NCBI GenBank assembly: GCA_964022095.1
Contig: CAXHZO010000020.1
Span: 1-43,988 of the forward strand
From: an uncultured Arcobacteraceae bacterium
Lineage (GTDB): Bacteria > Campylobacterota > Campylobacteria > Campylobacterales > Arcobacteraceae
Direction: 5' to 3'
DNA: 43,988 bases
Positions 40,284-43,988 of the stretch are shown one piece after another. The notes under the pieces are model-generated. The model was not told where the DNA came from and ran no database searches. It was given only the letters and a program-made list of their open reading frames with translations. The translations under genes and the position numbers were made by a program. Position 1 is the stretch's first letter. Every line of letters starts with the position of its first letter.

Positions 40284-41321
40284 ATGAGAAAATTTAATGT
40301 TGCAATTGTTGGTGCTACTGGCGCTGTGGGTGAAGAATTATGTAGAGTATTAGCTGATTATGATTTCCCAATCAATAATTTAGTACCACTAGCAAGTGCT
40401 AGAAGTGCTGGTTCAACAATTGAATATAAAAATAAAGACTATAAAGTATTAGAATTAACAGAAACATGTTTTGAAGAAAATGAAGTTGATATTGCATTTT
40501 TTAGTGCAGGTGGTTCGATTTCTGAAAAATTTGCAAAATTTGCAGTAGAAGCAGGGGCTGTTGTAATTGATAATACAAGTCACTTTAGAATGGATCCAAA
40601 TGTTCCATTAGTAGTACCAGAAGTAAATCCAGAAGATATTGCGAACTGGAGAGAAACAGGAATTATTGCAAATCCAAATTGTTCAACTATTCAAATGGTA
40701 TTATCTTTAAAACCATTAGATGATTTATATGGAATTAAAAGAGTTGATGTTTCAACTTATCAAGCAGTTTCAGGTGCTGGTAAAACTGGTATGGAAGAGC
40801 TTGTAAAACAAATGCAAGACTTCTTTGCATTTAAATTAGATGAAACAGAAATAAATGCATTTGCACACCAAATTGCATTAAATGTAATTCCTCAAATTGA
40901 TGTTGCTCAAGATAATGGATTTACAAAAGAAGAGATGAAAATGGTTTTAGAAACTCAAAAAATTATGCACAAGCAAATGCAAGTAGCAGCAACTTGTGTA
41001 AGAGTTCCAGTTTTAAGATCACATTCAGAATCAATTACAGTAACTTTTAACGATGATGTTGAAGTTAATGTAGGTGAAGTTAGAGAGTCTTTAGAAGCAT
41101 TTGAAAATGTTGAAGTTATTGATGACTTATCAAATAATGCTTACCCAATGCCAATTGTTTCAACTGATACTGATATTACTTATGTAGGTAGAATCAGAAG
41201 AGACGTTTATGCTCCAAATGTAGTACATTATTTTAATGTTGCTGATCAAGTTAGAGTAGGGGCTGCTACAAACTCTGTTAGAATTGCACTTAAGTGGATT
41301 GAAATGGAAAGCGATATTTAA
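40284..41321 (+). CDS. asd: aspartate-semialdehyde dehydrogenase
   Basis: GATGAVG, ANPNCSTIQ, QAVSGAG, CVRVPV..HSE. Confidence 0.98.
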   Translation: MRKFNVAIVGATGAVGEELCRVLADYDFPINNLVPLASARSAGSTIEYKNKDYKVLELTETCFEENEVDIAFFSAGGSISEKFAKFAVEAGAVVIDNTSHFRMDPNVPLVVPEVNPEDIANWRETGIIANPNCSTIQMVLSLKPLDDLYGIKRVDVSTYQAVSGAGKTGMEELVKQMQDFFAFKLDETEINAFAHQIALNVIPQIDVAQDNGFTKEEMKMVLETQKIMHKQMQVAATCVRVPVLRSHSESITVTFNDDVEVNVGEVRESLEAFENVEVIDDLSNNAYPMPIVSTDTDITYVGRIRRDVYAPNVVHYFNVADQVRVGAATNSVRIALKWIEMESDI

Positions 41322-41863
41322 TGCTTGAAAAGCTTTTTGAAGGAGCTATGTGGCGAACAAGGATTTTTATAATCCTTGCAGTTGTTTTTGGACTTTTAGG
41401 TTCTGTTATTTTATTTATTGTTGGTTCTGTTGATATCTTTGAAGTATTAACATATGTAATTAATGTATATACAAATGGCTTACATCCAAAAGATTTTCAT
41501 GAAGTTATAGTTAGTAAAATAATTGGTGCAGTTGATATTTATTTAATTGCTGTTGTTATGTTAATATTTGCTTTTGGTTTATATGAGTTGTTTATTTCTA
41601 AGATTGAAGCAGCTGAAAAGACTGATAATGGTCAAAATATTCTAGCAATAACTTCACTTGACCAATTAAAAGATAAGATTGCAAAAGTAGTTGTGATGGT
41701 ACTTGTAGTTGGTTTTTTCCAAAGAGTACTTCACACAAAATACGATGGTGCTTTAGAGATGCTGTATTTTGCAGTATCTATTATGGTACTTTCAATTGGA
41801 CTTTACTTTTTAGGTAAAGTTGGTAAAAAAGAGAAAAAAGAATATAAAGAAGAAGGCCACTAA
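41321..41863 (+). CDS. YqhA/UPF0114 membrane protein
   Basis: [25 protein letters not shown] motifs; four TM helices. Confidence 0.85.
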   Translation: MLEKLFEGAMWRTRIFIILAVVFGLLGSVILFIVGSVDIFEVLTYVINVYTNGLHPKDFHEVIVSKIIGAVDIYLIAVVMLIFAFGLYELFISKIEAAEKTDNGQNILAITSLDQLKDKIAKVVVMVLVVGFFQRVLHTKYDGALEMLYFAVSIMVLSIGLYFLGKVGKKEKKEYKEEGH

Positions 41864-42900
41864 TGTCAAAAATATTTGTAGATGCATGTTTTAGAAAAGA
41901 GACTCCGTATACACCTGTATGGATGATGAGACAAGCTGGTAGATATTTACCAGAGTATATGGAAGTTAGAGCAAAAGCTGGTAATTTTTTAAATCTTTGT
42001 CATAACCCTCAAATGGCAGCTGAAGTAACAATTCAACCACTTGATATAGTTGGAGTTGATGCAGCCATTTTATTTAGTGATATTTTAGTTATTCCAAATG
42101 AAATGGGAATGCACTTAGAGTTTATAAAAGGTGAAGGTCCAATATTTAAAGATCCTTTAAAATCTCAAGAAGAGTTAGATGCTTTACTTGGTGGAGAAGC
42201 TGCTGCAAATAAATTAACTTATGTTTATGAAACTATTAAGTTATTAAAGCAACAACTTCCTGAAGATAAAGCTTTAATAGGTTTTACAGGAGCTCCTTGG
42301 ACACTTGCAACTTATATGATTGAAGGACAAGGAACTAAAACTTATAATGTATGTAAAAAGATGATGTACTCAAATCCTGAGTTATTACATAATATTTTAA
42401 GAAAAGTTACTGATATTGTTAAGTTATATATGGAAAAACAAATTCAAGCTGGTGCTGATGTTGTTCAAATCTTTGATTCATGGGCAGCTGCAATTGAGCC
42501 AGGCAAATATGACGAGTTCTCTTGGTCATATATGGTTGAAATAGCAGAATATATAAAAGAAAAATATCCTCATATTCCAGTAATTATGTTTCCTAAAGGG
42601 GTTGCAGCATTTATTGAAAGAGGTTTAGTTTATGGAAACTTTGATGTATTTGGAGTAGATTGGGGAACACCAATGGCTCTTGCAAAAGAAAAACTTGGGG
42701 AAAAATATGTTCTTCAAGGAAATATGGAACCAACTAGACTTTACTCAAAAGAAAAAACTACACAGTGTGTAGAAGCTATTCAAAATGTTATGCAAGGCGA
42801 AGGTCACATTTTTAACCTTGGTCATGGTATTTTACCTGATGTTCCAGTTGAAAATGCTATTCACTTTGTCAAAGAGTGTCAAAGAGTTTCAAAAAAATAA
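41863..42900 (+). CDS. hemE: uroporphyrinogen decarboxylase
   Basis: [38 protein letters not shown]. Confidence 0.98.
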   Translation: MSKIFVDACFRKETPYTPVWMMRQAGRYLPEYMEVRAKAGNFLNLCHNPQMAAEVTIQPLDIVGVDAAILFSDILVIPNEMGMHLEFIKGEGPIFKDPLKSQEELDALLGGEAAANKLTYVYETIKLLKQQLPEDKALIGFTGAPWTLATYMIEGQGTKTYNVCKKMMYSNPELLHNILRKVTDIVKLYMEKQIQAGADVVQIFDSWAAAIEPGKYDEFSWSYMVEIAEYIKEKYPHIPVIMFPKGVAAFIERGLVYGNFDVFGVDWGTPMALAKEKLGEKYVLQGNMEPTRLYSKEKTTQCVEAIQNVMQGEGHIFNLGHGILPDVPVENAIHFVKECQRVSKK

Positions 42901-42913
42901 ATCTCAAAACAAC

Positions 42914-42936
42914 TTAAGTAGGATTTTCCTACTTAA
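42914..42936. other. 10-bp perfect hairpin downstream of hemE
   Basis: TTAAGTAGGA-TTT-TCCTACTTAA, no U-tract on + strand. Confidence 0.55.
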
Positions 42937-42956
42937 AACTATCGAAAGAATTTCTC

Positions 42957-43874
42957 ATGTCTTATTCAGATTCAATTATATTTGGACCAGTTCCTTCACG
43001 AAGGTTTGGTATATCTTTAGGTGTTGATTTAAGTCCTTCAAAAAAACAGTGTAACTTTGATTGTTTATATTGTGAATTAGAAGGTGCTAAAACAGTCAAT
43101 AGTATGGATGAGTATCCAAGTGTTAGTGATGTTATAGAACAAATCAAATTATCTTATGAAAAGCATCCTAAAATTGATGTTATAACTCTAACTGCAAATG
43201 GTGAACCAACTTTATATCCAAAACTTGACGAACTAGTAGATGAAATAAATAAAATCAAAGGTGAAACTAAAACTTTAATTTTATCAAATGGTAGTACTAT
43301 TTATAATAATGATACATTTAATACTTTATTAAAAATTGATACTGTTAAGCTTTCACTTGATTGTATTAGTGAAAAGTGCTTTAAAAAGCTTGATAGACAA
43401 GATAGTAGTATCCAAATAGATAAAATAGTTCCTTCTATGTGTGAGTTTTCAAAACAAACAAAAAACAATTTTGTATTAGAAGTTTTATTTGTTAGAACAT
43501 TAAATGACAAAAATGAAGAAATAGAGCTACTTTATGATGCTATAAAGTTAATAAATCCATTAAGAGTTGATATTGGAACAATAGATAGACCACCAGCTTA
43601 TGAAGTAAAACCTGTTACTTATGAATTCTTAGAAGAAGTAGCAAATAAATTTGAAAATATAAATACAAATATAGTTTTTAAAAATAGACCAAAATTATTA
43701 CAGAGCTATGATGAAAATGAAATACTAAGAACTCTTAAGAGGAGACCATTGACTAAAGAAGATATTTCAAATATGTTTGATGAAAAAAGTAAAGAAAGCT
43801 TGGAAAAACTAGTAAAAAATGAAGTGATTTCACTAGTATCAAGTGCAGGAGTAGAATTTTACAAAAAAGTGTGA
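42957..43874 (+). CDS. radical SAM protein (COG0731-like Fe-S oxidoreductase)
   Basis: FGPVPSRRFGISLGVD, CNFDCLYC, NGEPTLY. Confidence 0.88.
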   Translation: MSYSDSIIFGPVPSRRFGISLGVDLSPSKKQCNFDCLYCELEGAKTVNSMDEYPSVSDVIEQIKLSYEKHPKIDVITLTANGEPTLYPKLDELVDEINKIKGETKTLILSNGSTIYNNDTFNTLLKIDTVKLSLDCISEKCFKKLDRQDSSIQIDKIVPSMCEFSKQTKNNFVLEVLFVRTLNDKNEEIELLYDAIKLINPLRVDIGTIDRPPAYEVKPVTYEFLEEVANKFENINTNIVFKNRPKLLQSYDENEILRTLKRRPLTKEDISNMFDEKSKESLEKLVKNEVISLVSSAGVEFYKKV

Positions 43875-43881
43875 AATAATC

Positions 43882-43910
43882 TTGACAAATAGAACTTTTT
43901 TAACTATAAT
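43882..43910 (+). promoter_or_regulatory. consensus sigma70 promoter for tRNA-Asn
   Basis: TTGACA (43882-43887), 17-nt spacer, TATAAT (43905-43910). Confidence 0.9.
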
Positions 43911-43938
43911 TCCAGTCCATTTTGAAATAAAGATAGAT

Positions 43939-43988
43939 TCCGGCATAGCTCAGTGGTAGAGTAGATGACTGTTAATCATTTGGTCCCT
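43939..43988 (+). tRNA. tRNA-Asn(GTT), 3'-truncated by window edge
   Basis: TCCGGCA-TAGCTCAGTGGTAGAGT D-arm; anticodon arm GATGA-CTGTTAA-TCATT. Confidence 0.93.

Overview
AT-rich bacterial chromosomal window, most likely from Campylobacterota (Arcobacteraceae-like, inferred from gene content and protein sequences). From left to right it holds: the end of a tRNA cluster (Thr, Gln, fMet); two hypothetical genes; a radical SAM/SPASM gene that apparently needs a non-canonical ATT start; an EI24/CysZ-like gene; a subtilase lipoprotein with an adjacent, separately encoded prodomain-like protein; a divergent OmpR-type regulator / Cache histidine kinase pair; an uncalled 35-aa membrane microprotein; a dGTPase followed by an orphan TGTGTC repeat array; TRAP transporter dctPQM; gltBD, IMPase, ferredoxin and ppx; a ~14 kb LOS/LPS-core cluster (lpxL, ELM1/GtrOC1, glycosyltransferases, ugd, rmlACDB, tagD/tagF-like); then housekeeping genes rpmB, K+ channel, argJ, ydcH, gyrA, asd, yqhA, hemE, a radical SAM gene and the start of tRNA-Asn. 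I saw no integrase, transposase or CRISPR array. The best candidates for undescribed biology are the split prodomain/subtilase pair and the microprotein-dGTPase-repeat islet. All calls are from motif recognition by eye; no database searches were run.
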